Virus record (IMG/VR): IMGVR_UViG_2839026242_000001
Coordinates: 64,001 to 128,000 of that record
Origin: a virus
Lineage: Duplodnaviria > Caudoviricetes
Strand: one strand, 5' to 3'
Length of the DNA stretch: 64,000 nucleotides
The translations under genes and the position numbers were made by a program. Below, piece by piece: positions 20,229 through 31,982 of the stretch. The first letter of the stretch is position 1. Each line of letters starts with the position of its first letter. The notes beneath the pieces were generated by a model. That model worked only from the letters and a program-made list of their open reading frames with translations, ran no database searches and had not been told where the DNA came from.

Positions 20229-21190
20229 AATCCCATCTCCCCCTTCAAATCTTCATTTTATGGCAAAATTATGCGTCCAAATCATTAACATTATTCCTAC
20301 AAATGCCGCAACAGCACAAAACCCAATAACTGAAAAATAAAATATACTTAACTTAGCTATCTCCTCTTCCGTCATTGACTTGACATCAAAAGATCCTTTG
20401 ATAAGCACCTGTAGAGGATAAGCAATTAATAAAGTAAGAAACACTGCTCCAAATACCGCACCCACTGACAACAAGATTTTCAACCCGATTTGGTTCGCAA
20501 TTTCACTGTAAGTATTAATAATTGTAAAAACAGCAACTGCTGAAACGCCAAATATTGAGCATAGTGCAGCAACGATATTTAATACTCTTTCAAAAAAAGC
20601 AAACTTTGCTTTCATACTCTCACCTTTTGTTTAAAAACCATCTTTCATTCGGTTTCTTGTTGTCCATATGACCATCTATCATCAATAAATTGTTTCAGTC
20701 GTTTCAACTCTTGTGCTCTGTTATTTGCATTTTCAAATCCATGTTGATTCCCTTGCTTCTTAAAATCTTCGGCAAAATGCTCCAACTGAGCAATACGTAC
20801 AACAATCTCTTCAATAATATCTTCAATTTTCAACATATAAACCGCTCCTTTCTGATGAAAATCTTCTTTTATCGAATTACTATTTGAAATTCACCTGTAT
20901 CTTGATTTTTCTCTAAAGTATATTTCTGTTGATCACTGTAAAACACCAGTTGTCTCATATTGCTGTTTTGTCGATCTATTTCGTATGGCTTTTGCCAAGT
21001 GTGCTGTAAATATGACTCCGACTTAGCGAGAAAATCTGCTTCTTCATGTCGTTTTTCAAGTGGGAAAATAACCAACCCAAGTAGTAAAGCAATCGAAACA
21101 GGAAAATATATTGGGAACCAACTGATTAGCTGATTTTTAATCTGCATTAGTTCCTACCTCAAATCTTGATAAATTTCTCCTTTTATCGTG

Positions 21191-21439
21191 TTATTGATTG
21201 GCTGCACGTTTCCACGCTTTTTCATAACCACCCACATCATTACGTTTAACCCATTCATCATAACAAGCATCACATTGCCAATGATAATCTGATCTGGGGT
21301 TGTTTGCTGCGAATGCTGATAACCAAATTTTTTGTTCAGTTTCCTCTAGTAATTCTTCTCTGCTCATACCTGCTATTTTACTCAAATATTCGCTCTTCGG
21401 TTTTCCATAGTTATCATTACCTTCATACTTTCTCAACAC
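21191..21439 (-). CDS. Small hypothetical protein, paralog of 15405-15659
   Basis: Direct comparison of the two translations. Confidence 0.75.
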   Translation of the reverse strand: MLRKYEGNDNYGKPKSEYLSKIAGMSREELLEETEQKIWLSAFAANNPRSDYHWQCDACYDEWVKRNDVGGYEKAWKRAANQ

Positions 21440-22075
21440 TTTAAATCACTCCCAATCAAATATTGAATTTATAGAATTTGATTTATAGATCCATCAATGT
21501 TCGTTTTCCTTCATCCGTCAATCGTATTGCTCCATGTAAGAACCTGTTATAGTGATATTCTTCAATTAACTTAAGTTTAACCAAGGATTCAACTGTTCTT
21601 GTGTTATAAGCATCTTTGGGATGATGTTTCTCGCCATCATGATATGGTTTTGAAAGTTGAAACAACAACAATTGCTGCGCATTAGTCAATTTATACAAAC
21701 TGAATGTCTCCTTCTCAATCGAATATTAATTTTTAAATAGAATCAGCAATTAACGATCTTACCGATTTGAACAGCGTAAAAAACATTTTCGCCCTCTTTT
21801 TGCTTCAAAAACAATGGACATTCAGGAACCCTTACCACATCATTCTCGTGCAAAACAATATCAGATTTAATCTTGAATTCGTGCATATCAGTATAAATTA
21901 TATATTCCATTTTCTCCACTTCCTTTTTAAATTAGCTATCGTGCTAAGCACTCCTTAGCGCAGGTTTCGCAAAGACGGAGTACATCTTCCTCAGTTACCC
22001 CTCCTATTGGCATTACCGACACGGTTTCAATCTGCTTTTCGCAATAGTCGCACATACTCTTTCCTCTCTATGCAA

Positions 22076-22732
22076 TCAATCAAAATCCTCATATTCATCT
22101 TCAAGCCACCACTCCCACCAAGATTCTTCCTCCTCTTCATCTTCTTCCCACCAGCACTTTCGCACAGGCACTGGCTTTCTAGAGTCCATAATTTTCTTGC
22201 ACCTATCTCTAAAGTCATTCTCATCCAGAGACGTTTTGATAAACTCAACCAATAACTCCTGCTTTTTGTAAAAGTGTAAAGCAAGATTTAGGATGTAATC
22301 GGAAGGTTCATCCCAGCCATGTGAAATAAAAAGTTTAATGATCTCTTGTTTTCTCTCCTCCATAATTTCGAAGTATCTCTGGCGATTTCTTTCGTCCCTA
22401 AGTCGTTTTCTTTCCTCGTGCAGTTCTTTGATCTTTTTTCGCCAAGCTTTATACGCTTTCTTTTTTTCAGCATCCATAGACTGCCAAACTTTTGGACTGA
22501 CTGGATCTAACACCTTTTTAAGATAAAACGTCCTCCCGTCAGTGGTGGACAGAAAAGGCCCTCGCTTTGAATAACTAAGAGTGCAGTGTTCGCCGCGTTC
22601 ATCAAAAAACTCATAAGTACCTTCACTTTTTGGTCTTGCATCAAAGTTATCTGGTACGACATAAAACACACCACTTTCAGCAATTTGATAGTTTTCACAC
22701 ATTTTCAAAACTATAACTTGCAGCATATGCAC
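22076..22732 (-). CDS. Hypothetical protein with an acidic/Trp-rich tail
   Basis: ORF track, 218 aa. Confidence 0.6.
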   Translation of the reverse strand: MHMLQVIVLKMCENYQIAESGVFYVVPDNFDARPKSEGTYEFFDERGEHCTLSYSKRGPFLSTTDGRTFYLKKVLDPVSPKVWQSMDAEKKKAYKAWRKKIKELHEERKRLRDERNRQRYFEIMEERKQEIIKLFISHGWDEPSDYILNLALHFYKKQELLVEFIKTSLDENDFRDRCKKIMDSRKPVPVRKCWWEEDEEEEESWWEWWLEDEYEDFD

Positions 22733-23091
22733 ACACCCTTAAACCATATTTCACTCAAAACACAAATAAAAATTGTCTAACACGTTCCATATTAGTCTTC
22801 CTTTCTAACAATCAAAGTGATTGACTGTCAGTAATCCATCCTTGTAAAGCTTCTCCAATAACCTAACTTTACTCTCCATACTTACACATTCGAGCGACAA
22901 AGGAGCATTTACAAGTACATTTGTTTTTGTGTTCATCAATCGTTCCACTTCATTTTTCTCGTACAGATATGTTCCGCAAAATTGCTCCATCCACTCGGGC
23001 ATTGCCCACTTCATTAAGATCTCTTGGCCGTTAATATCCTTGTAACCTGTTGGCTTCATAAAATTTCTTCCTTTCTTCAACTTTTTGTAAC

Positions 23092-23316
23092 TCATTTATT
23101 TCGATGTTTCTCAATCATTCTTTGAATCTCAATCAATAATTTCGGATCATCAGGCAACTCAATTTTGTTTACTTTTCTCACTACAATTTCATCTCCGTTA
23201 ACCTCAACAGATACAGTATCTCCCTGTTCAATTCCTATTTCCCTTAGTTGCTCTGTCATGGACACCCCTAAGCTGTTTCCAATCTTGATGACTTTACGTT
23301 CCAATGTATGTATCAC
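23092..23316 (-). CDS. AbrB/MazE/SpoVT-fold DNA-binding protein
   Basis: RKVIKIGNSLGVS...GIEQGDTV; own promoter upstream. Confidence 0.75.
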   Translation of the reverse strand: MIHTLERKVIKIGNSLGVSMTEQLREIGIEQGDTVSVEVNGDEIVVRKVNKIELPDDPKLLIEIQRMIEKHRNK

Positions 23317-24585
23317 CTCTCTCTTTCTTTATGATTCCATTATAACCGTTATGACGTTATAACGCAAGTGTTTTACTTGTAGTTTTTTATTTTATTACAT
23401 TAACTACAAATGGGATGCTAACACAACATCCCATTTAATAACTTGCCCTATTTTTTAGGCTTCCTCTTGTTTATTCATGATAGCCACCATCCGATACAAT
23501 AAGTCTTTAATCGTGATCCCAACCTCGTTTTTGTGCCTCCGCTTTAATTTCCTCTAAATCTTGTTCGGTTGGTACATCCATATTTTCACTTTCGTCCTCC
23601 TCGTAATACAATCCGATTTTGTGAGGAGATTCTTGTATTCCAAATTGAAAAGCTTTCGTATATACTAATTCAACTGCATGAAACAGTGTAGATTCCAAAT
23701 ATGTTGTGGAAATAACTCCATCCGTATTTCCCCGAAACTTTCCCATAGCCTTATTCTCTTCATTGTCTTGTGTTTCCAACCAAAACAGCTTTGCTGCCCA
23801 TTTTCCATCAAGTTTCTTTACCTTAATTGTATGCATGTATGTCATAGCAAAGTCTTCCCCCTAACAAAATTTGACTTTCATTCAAATATTTGAAACGAAT
23901 CGTCTTGCCATTTCGTAAAGCAGTGCGTCTTCAGTCACACGCAAATTGTTCTCTCCAAACTTTTCTTCAAATTTCACTTGTATCTCCCTGACAATCCCTT
24001 TTGGCAGAACACCGCTGTTATACTTCCATTCGGTGATTTCTTCAAATGCTTGTTTTAATTGTTCATCAGTAAGCGACTATACTAATTCTTTCAGAAACAT
24101 ATAATATCCCTCCAGTTAAAGTCACATTTTTAAAGTGACTTTTTAAAAATTATTAATCCAAAAATGATTTCCCGGCATATAGTAGCAAAGTTGTTTTGTT
24201 ATCCCTTTATCTTTTAAGAAGCTCTCCAACATTTGTATAAATTTTTCGTTAACATGAACCCAAATTTTATTATCTACAAATGGATCATGAAAAACATTCT
24301 TTACCTGAATTTCATTTTCTTTTACCAGAACTAAGCGAATAATACTTCCTTTCTCAATTAATAGTTGATTAAATTCATCTACCATTTGTTTTGTCATAAG
24401 TTGCTCCATAATTATCATCTCCCTATGAAATCAAAGTTTTAACTAACCTAATTATACTTAGTGTCCATAGCTTATGTACTGTTTAATAAGTATTTCTCTC
24501 TCAATGCCGAAAATCCCTTCACGCTCTAGTTTTTTAATAAATTTTTTAATTTTCATTATTACTATCCGCCCTCTCAGAAATTCAA

Positions 24586-24990
24586 TTAGACTTCGATCAA
24601 TTCTTCTTTATTTTTATTTTTAACGGCAAAAAATTCACTTGGTGATACCAAACCAAAACTAATTTTCAATGCCTCATTTACTTTTTGCATAGTTTTCTCA
24701 TCCAATCTGCTAACTTTATCAGTCAATCTTAGCTTGTCAATGGTTCGTATCTGTTCCGATAAAACAACAGAGTCTCGCTCAAGTCCGAATGTTTTTGCAT
24801 CCAATTCCACATGCGTAGGCAATTTTGCTTTTGAAATCTGTGAGGTAATTGCTGCGACGATGACCGTTGGACTAAATCGATTTCCAATGTCGTTCTGAAT
24901 GACTAAAACAGGTCGCACGCCTCCTTGCTCAGAGCCAATGACAGGTGATAGATCAGCCAAATAAATTTCTCCCCTACATACTCTTCTCAA
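24586..24990 (-). CDS. mazF: MazF/NdoA (PemK-family) endoribonuclease with no adjacent antitoxin
   Basis: [30 protein letters not shown]...EQIRTIDK, near-identical to Bacillus NdoA motifs. Confidence 0.92.
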   Translation of the reverse strand: MRRVCRGEIYLADLSPVIGSEQGGVRPVLVIQNDIGNRFSPTVIVAAITSQISKAKLPTHVELDAKTFGLERDSVVLSEQIRTIDKLRLTDKVSRLDEKTMQKVNEALKISFGLVSPSEFFAVKNKNKEELIEV

Positions 24991-25225
24991 TAATCTTCAC
25001 TCCCTATGGTTTCGTTAATGCCACTAATATATATCGCTTTGCAATTTACTTTTATATCTTATATCTATATATTACCACGCAGACGAGATTATTACAACTA
25101 AAAATAATAAATTCAACAAAACAAAATCACGTCTAATAATTGTGCAATTCGAACATTTCTTCATTTAAATTAAAAAAGAAAAAGACTTTACATCTTTGCA
25201 AAGTCTTCAACAAGTTATTAATTGT

Positions 25226-25897
25226 TCAAAAAAACCTGCTCATATCTAGTTTCCCTGGTTCGTAATAAATATCAAATGCTCGGTTTAACAAAAAAACATC
25301 ATTCAAGCTTTCTTTGCCAAACATTATTTGGGCAATTTGTTCTTTGGTAGGCTCGTTAATCATTTTTAACTCGAAATAACGCTTTATGTGACCATGCATT
25401 TGTTTCACATCTCTTGCCCAAGGATATAGCACTTTCATACCAGCAGATAAAGCTCGAATTTCCGAAAGAGTGTATGTCTCATCCACTATTCTTTGAACAG
25501 CAGATTTCCCAGAAGCCATATCTTTGGCTCCCACACCAAATCTAATTACACACGTAGTTCCTACATGCAGCTTATTACCGTTTATTTTATTCTGAATGAT
25601 AAGGTTATATCGAAGATTTTCTTGTCCGCATAGCTGACAAGTTGAATAAAATTCAACAGGAGGCTTCTCAGAAAAATACGACATATTATCTAATGTATTT
25701 TGATCGATCCAGTCTACATATTCCCATTCACTTTTTGCTTCGTCGAAATTTTGACTTACACTTAGTCTCAAAAGATTATCAACTACTATTTTACGTGGTT
25801 TTGTGCTAATCTCCCCGTCCTTGTACTTCGCTAACATAGCCAAAATATTAGGCTTTTTTGATCGTCTACCTTTGACTTTTCTTTTCGTGTATCGCAA
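25226..25897 (-). CDS. Hypothetical protein with CxxC...C motifs
   Basis: ORF track, 223 aa. Confidence 0.55.
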   Translation of the reverse strand: MRYTKRKVKGRRSKKPNILAMLAKYKDGEISTKPRKIVVDNLLRLSVSQNFDEAKSEWEYVDWIDQNTLDNMSYFSEKPPVEFYSTCQLCGQENLRYNLIIQNKINGNKLHVGTTCVIRFGVGAKDMASGKSAVQRIVDETYTLSEIRALSAGMKVLYPWARDVKQMHGHIKRYFELKMINEPTKEQIAQIMFGKESLNDVFLLNRAFDIYYEPGKLDMSRFF

Positions 25898-27060
25898 GTC
25901 AATTCACACCTTTGCATAATAGATAAGGTGTTTTCTACGATGACTGTTATAGTTATTGCGCACCATTAACTCTATTATACCATAAGACGCAAGCATATGT
26001 TCGATAAATCTGTCTTCTTGCAAAGGAAATGTTGATTTTTTGAATATGGCTAATTGATTTGCAATATCTAAAAAACGGGACGACTTGCAGCAATTAATCC
26101 AAATGTTAAATGATGAGAATATCCATCACTTGCAACTATTAAAAAAATACTTTATATCAAATAACGATTTGAACGAATTTTATTTACTTGCGCATGTACG
26201 ACACAAAGCATGTTCGCCAATAGGTACACCATCTGCGAAAACTGTATATGCACATTCTTCTGGGTGATCTACTTCTATTAACTTATCGCAATCCTCACAT
26301 ATAACTGTAATCATATTACACCCTCCCTAAATTTGAATAAATTCAGACTTTGCTTGGTTTATGAGCAAATATACTTTAGCGTTTCTTTATAGCATTGTAG
26401 ACAAAGCTCTTCATCTACTCCGATAATATTCAATATTCTTATTAAATTTTTATTGCTATACATACCACAACTGGTACACATTCGTAATTCTTCTCTGTAT
26501 TCCTTGTTATTTATTTTCATTTCCGCCTCCCATGAAACTATGCTTTTGTGCCGTTTTCTTCTATCCACTCAGGAAAGTTTTCACGCATGAACCCATTATA
26601 ACGTTCTTTGACTGGTTCAAATTTTTCTTCTAGATAAGCAAATGACAATACACAATGTTTTGCGTAGAAGTCCATAGCCTCTTCGATATTTTTTATATCT
26701 CGTTTTAGCAATTCTGGTGTCGTTGGCGAAGCGTTACGCTCATGCATATCCATACATAAAATAACAAATTTAATTCTTTCCGAAATGCCTGTATATAAGC
26801 AGCTTGCAACACCAGCAGGAACAATTTCCATATGTTATCCTATCCCTATGGATTTATTTTATTAATCCAACATCGTCTGGCTTAATTTCTCCATTAAGAA
26901 GCTTTGTAAGTCGTTCTCTGGTTTCATCGATGAGAGCTTTTAAGCCTTCAACAGTATTGTATCCATCATAACCGATCAAAATATCTCTTGTGTCTTCAAG
27001 AAACAGACGCTCGTGCTTTTCCATTAATCGATACCCTCCTTTTCAGTTTGAAATATCATA

Positions 27061-27136
27061 TGGCGTCCCAGACAGGATTCGAACCTGTGCATGATCGCTT
27101 AGAAGACAATTGCCTTATCCGCTTGGCTACTGGGAC
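27061..27136 (-). tRNA. tRNA-Arg(TCT)
   Basis: GTCCCAG acceptor stem, anticodon loop CTTCTAA, GGTTCGAATCC T arm, encoded CCA. Confidence 0.9.
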
Positions 27137-27137
27137 A

Positions 27138-27213
27138 TGGTGGATCTGACAGGGTATGATCCTGCAACCTCGCTGTTATGAGCAGCTTGCTCTGCCAATT
27201 GAGCTACAGATCC
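27138..27213 (-). tRNA. tRNA with CAT anticodon (likely Ile2, otherwise Met), atypical T loop
   Basis: GGATCTG/CAGATCC acceptor stem, loop CTCATAA, T loop ATCATAC, encoded CCA. Confidence 0.8.
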
Positions 27214-27600
27214 AAGATAGGAGCCAGTATGTACTGGTTGTTACTCTTCTTCTTGACGCAATCCAGCCTCTTCAATGCTACATTGCCATTTTTCATTGTA
27301 GAAATAATTCAACCGTTTACACCTGCAATACCAAACATGGGCAAATCGGTTTCAGGATCATTGTAGCGATCATCTCTTATAATTTGCATTGTTTTAGACG
27401 ATTCAATGATTATACGATCCTTTTTGCTGAGATTCATTGTCCTCATCTCCTATAAATATGTATTTAACTTTGCCATTCTTGATAATATTGCTCTATGCTG
27501 TCAGAAAACTGATACTTATACTCCCTTAATTCGCGCCATGTTAGTTCATTGTTTACCCATTTTTCGAGAAGTGCAATAAACCTACGAATTTCTACTTTGT

Positions 27601-28113
27601 TCATTGACAGATCACCTCCCTTTGCTTATCTAGAATAATACTGATTAATTGCTCTAAATCTGTCTCGAAAATATCTGTATTTGAAAAGTGATTACATGTA
27701 GGGAATACCGTTATTTTGTTACCTTTTACCCTGAAACTAAAGATTGTTACTCCATTCAGTTGCACGTGGTTATAATTTTTAATTACTTTATTTTTGACTA
27801 CCTTTGCGCTAGTGTCGTATTCAATTTGTTCAATTACATCATCAGTTGTCATTTCAATTTCATTTTCAATCGTAAAGGATTTACCTTCAAAATAATCTTC
27901 AATTGGCATTTCAATTTCAAACTTCTCACCTGCAATGAATCCAACCAATGTAACTTTGTCTTCCGTAACAATTTCTTCGCAATTTTCTGCATAAATGAAG
28001 TTTGTTGTTGCCCAATCGCTGAACATTTGAAAATCATCTTCTTTTACAATCTGGCTTGTTACTGGATGCATGATCATTCTCCCAATGTATTCGATAGTCG
28101 CAGCATTTTGCAT
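27601..28113 (-). CDS. Hypothetical acidic protein
   Basis: ORF track; RBS and own promoter. Confidence 0.6.
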   Translation of the reverse strand: MQNAATIEYIGRMIMHPVTSQIVKEDDFQMFSDWATTNFIYAENCEEIVTEDKVTLVGFIAGEKFEIEMPIEDYFEGKSFTIENEIEMTTDDVIEQIEYDTSAKVVKNKVIKNYNHVQLNGVTIFSFRVKGNKITVFPTCNHFSNTDIFETDLEQLISIILDKQREVICQ

Positions 28114-28274
28114 ATGTATTACCTCTCCTTCATTTATTTTATATTCTTATTGTACTATTCTACGACCTTTTAAGCAATATGTTTTTTATTAATTTTATAT
28201 TATAAAAGCCACCTTTTTCGGTGACTTTTGAATCAAACCAGACTTTGATTACCTTCTTTAGTTGTTACGTAAAA

Positions 28275-28850
28275 TCACGGGCTTTCTACCGATTTCAGAA
28301 TAATACTTCGGCCATTGCAAGTTGGGCATAACCAGATTGGAATTCCCTTTTCTAATTTATAACTGTTTCCTTTGCAATCTGGACACGTATCCCTAACTGC
28401 AACCTTAAAATCGTGTTTTCTACCTTTGCGATCTCTAAAAGATAGCTTTTTACCTTTCAAAGCCTCCCTGATCTTCTCCTCTGTCACATGTGTATATCCA
28501 AGTAGTTTATCACGTTCCCACAAATCAGTTCGCCCCTCGATATATCTAAACGCTTCACACGTTATTATAGAGCAACCATTCACCTTGTCGTATTTCAAAT
28601 TGCAATCCTCTGATCGACTACATACATAATCGCAAAGTTTACCCATAACCTCCCATTCACGACCACCAGAAAGCTTTTCCCTGTCTACTTTAAAAACCCC
28701 GCGACAGGATTTCGGCACTTTTTTGAAGGGGAACGCTTTCAAATTCCCCATGTTCGGTTTTGCAGTACATTCGTACCATGTGCCGTAACAAGTTCCATAT
28801 TCTCCATACTCTGATTCTTCATGATAATTTGCGCAATTTTCACATCCCAT
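28275..28850 (-). CDS. Cys-rich hypothetical protein (several Zn ribbons)
   Basis: Multiple CxxC motifs. Confidence 0.6.
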   Translation of the reverse strand: MGCENCANYHEESEYGEYGTCYGTWYECTAKPNMGNLKAFPFKKVPKSCRGVFKVDREKLSGGREWEVMGKLCDYVCSRSEDCNLKYDKVNGCSIITCEAFRYIEGRTDLWERDKLLGYTHVTEEKIREALKGKKLSFRDRKGRKHDFKVAVRDTCPDCKGNSYKLEKGIPIWLCPTCNGRSIILKSVESP

Positions 28851-29807
28851 AATTTTAACACCTCACTTTACCCAACTATTGTCTCAAATCCCCTTTATGT
28901 AGGTATCAAACTCAGGCTTTGTCATGCCTGTTATCTGCTTATATGCATCATCAAGCGTAACGGTATCCGATTCAAAACTGACTTGTTTATAATCAACCAT
29001 ATTCTTTACCTCACATTAATAACATTTAATAAACATCCACATTAACCACTTCAACCTCGTCAAGTTGTTTCAAACCTTCTATGTAGTTACGCGCCTGTTC
29101 TCTGGTATTGAAATCTGTTTTTGTTAGCATACAATCATCTTCCCATTTATTCTCTTCGCTGTCCCAATATTGAACAATAACTCTGGGCTGTGTGTTATCT
29201 GCAAAATAGTTAATTCTGATTTTCGTTTTCTCCATTTGGATTCCTCCAATCATATAACGCCCTGCTGTCTTAGTTTAATTAAATTTTACTTTTATTTAAT
29301 TAGTTCTTCACCATCTTCTGTTACCTTATACAGTCTTACGTTGAAAACTTCACTATCATTTTTCCACTGATTGTATTTAGATTCTGCCTTGCTGTAATCG
29401 AATATTGGATCAGTAGCCAATGGTGCAATATCCATATCTGCTACAACTATGTAATACATTTAACAACCCTCCATTTTCAATACAATTCCACTTTTATTGT
29501 ATTTTCGATATGACAAATTCAGTTATTTTGTTTAAGTCTCTTGAATTAAAATTCTCCATCTCAATTATTTCACCGTTCACCTTTTTATAAATACATGTAG
29601 TGCGTTTGCCAACTGTAGCAAACCAGTCTAAATTTCTGAAACGCGCCCTACCTCCGATAACTGCAATTCTCCCCTGTTCTTTTGCAGTTTCTACTCCATG
29701 TAAAGCTAACTTTGTTTGACCGTCTTCAACAAAACCATTTTCTAAGAGGAATTGGATTACTTTATCCATTTCATTTCCCCCTGATAAAATTTCAATTTAT
29801 TTGGTTT

Positions 29808-30227
29808 CTAAAAATAAGTTTCAACTTTTGAAGATATGATTGTTTTCAGTCTTCTTACATTCTTGCTGTTGTGACCCATTACAAGGTCATAGAACGCATT
29901 CGCAAATAACTCTTCTTGATCTGTTTCGTTATATTCTGTGACCAATCCAACATTGCTATTATCGAATAATACGTGATGCAAGAAATGACCAAACTCATGC
30001 AAGAAAATTTCTTCTATTTCTTCTTCTGAAAGTGAACTATCTAAGTAAATAGTTCTGTTATTTGGTAAGTAGCCACCCAATACCCAATCATCATCTTGCT
30101 TGAGAAGATTTGCTGGAATAAACTCAACTTTAGGCAAGAATGGGAGTTGATTAATGTTCAAAATGTCGGTATTAATGATTTCAAGATTATCTGCAATCAA
30201 CTTCTTTTTATTCTTCATGATAGCCAC
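29808..30227 (-). CDS. Small HExxH metallopeptidase (ImmA/IrrE/zincin-like)
   Basis: FLHEFGHFLH...EELFANAF. Confidence 0.7.
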   Translation of the reverse strand: MAIMKNKKKLIADNLEIINTDILNINQLPFLPKVEFIPANLLKQDDDWVLGGYLPNNRTIYLDSSLSEEEIEEIFLHEFGHFLHHVLFDNSNVGLVTEYNETDQEELFANAFYDLVMGHNSKNVRRLKTIISSKVETYF

Positions 30228-31982
30228 TCCTCAGCCTAATTTTATCATTTGAGTTATTCCAATCAAATCCACTTTTATTGAGATTTATTGATTGGATGGC
30301 TCTTCTGTATCAACAATGTTATACGTCTTTATAATTTTATGATTCTCAAAAGGCATTGTTATTTTAACTTCCCATCCATTCTTAGCATTTTTCTCAGCAT
30401 ATTTCATTGCACCCTTAAGCGTGTTATAATGTCCAAAAAATTGATGAGAGAAAGCAGTGTTTGCATTGCGAATTGTTACATGTACCATGTATTTTTTCAC
30501 AATACCACCCCTTATCTATAAGATAGATTCCCATGAAATCTCAATTTGAATTGGTTTTGTTCTTTGGAGCACCATTTCTACAATTTACACAAACATAGCC
30601 ATAAAATGCTTTTTTCCATCCATTCGGTAGAGTCACTTCATCCTTAACTGAATGACAAACTGAGCATTTATATTCCATATCTATCTCTTCCTTATTAATG
30701 TATTTTTACTTTACCACCAGCAATATGTAAGACAAATAATGCTTTATTACTTCTGTTCATTTCAATTCCTTCGATCTGCACTGTGTCCATGAGAAATTTT
30801 CCATCTTCCCCTGCTTTTGCCATACCTCTTTTGGATACTCCGAGCCAATCAACAGTAAACTCAATCATGATTTCCCCTCCTTTTTTCTTTAAAAGGATCA
30901 ATTTATTAGGATACTTGAATTAATTCATAGTTTCTATGCAGCCAATCAATCACATCATCTTCAGTTACATACTTGTTTTCAGTTCTATTGTTACCGATTT
31001 TCCATTGAATCGTTAGGTATAAACAGTCATTTTTGTTCTCTACCATAATTTCATTTACTCCAGCATCCAGTTTGAAAACCTCATATTTGTTTAATAATTC
31101 TTTTGCCATTTCTCTTGTCACTTTCATTTTCATTGCTTCCTCAATTTTGAATAAAAATATAGATTAATTCAGCTTTTTCTGCTATTAATTAGCGATGCTC
31201 CTTAGCTGTTATGACTATTTGATATATTTATTATACACCAAAGCTCTTAGATACTCAACCGAATCTTTTTATATTTTTATTTTATTTTCAAATAAAACAC
31301 GCAGCAATAATAGCTATAAAAAGCAAAACTGGCATAATGACTTCACCGAGAACATAATCTACTTTATCTTGACTCATTTTTAGCCCCTCTTATTTAGTGC
31401 TGTTTCTGTTCTTACACCTTCTGTTCTCTCTATACCTATCAATCCATCAACCGTGTTATCAGGATCAAAATAAGCAATCACTATATCACCAACTGCTATC
31501 TCTTTATTGGTTATGTCTGAGAAAATGTTTTCTTCAACAAAGTATATGTTGCTGCTGTCAGATACACCACTTCCCCAATATTGTCCATTTTCGACTTTGG
31601 TGATTTTGTAGATAAATACTGCGTAATTACCACATGCAGATGCAAAAGATGATGTACAAAATACAATTCCCACCACTAGTAGCATCGTTGTCAAGTATTT
31701 GAAAATAGTACTCATTTATACACGCCACCTTTTATTTAATTTAATTTATTTAATCCTCAATCATTTCCCCTGTTTTCGGGTTGTATAGATTGATCCAGCC
31801 CTTCTCCTTGTGTTCGTATATCTCTAGTCCGTCTCCTGTCTTGCCGTTATATGTCCACTGGTCTTTCCCTAGAATACCTCTCCTGTGTGCTATTCCAGTC
31901 ATTTGAAACCCTCCCTGTTATTTTGGGTTATCCTGCCCTATCCTGATAAATCAAGACAAGGCTGGATGATTATTTTTACTTG

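Larger units (their letters stand above)
10314..30906. repeat. Dispersed 17-19-bp palindrome ATNAAA-N6(5-7)-TTTNAT, about 35 copies at gene junctions
   Basis: Exact matches start at 10535, 10799, 15148, 16619, 16890, 17366, 17549, 18239, 18636, 18895, 20855, 28232, 29278; near matches at 10314, 11194, 14876, 15674, 16125, 16153, 17160, 17769, 19859, 20244, 20631, 21169, 21455, 21718, 22738, 23864, 24425, 26337, 29480, 29784, 30262, 30533, 30889. Confidence 0.85.

Noticed and set aside
23092-24990. Canonical mazEF operon
   Set aside because: The AbrB/MazE-fold gene is ~1.3 kb downstream with its own promoter and intervening genes; any pairing is unproven.
25990-26003. Second LexA box (CAAGCATATGTTCG)
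   Set aside because: Two mismatches in the GAAC half-site; too weak to call.
10314-30906. CRISPR array or classical integron attC sites as the explanation for the repeated motif
   Set aside because: The units are whole genes of variable length, not ~35-bp spacers, and no cas genes are present. There are no long RYYYAAC...GTTRRRY hairpins and no IntI-type integrase.
10535-30906. The junction palindromes as intrinsic terminators
   Set aside because: The 6-bp arms are almost all A/T, often mismatched and lack a separate U-tract. At 28204-28249 a true GC-stem terminator sits next to, and separate from, the motif.
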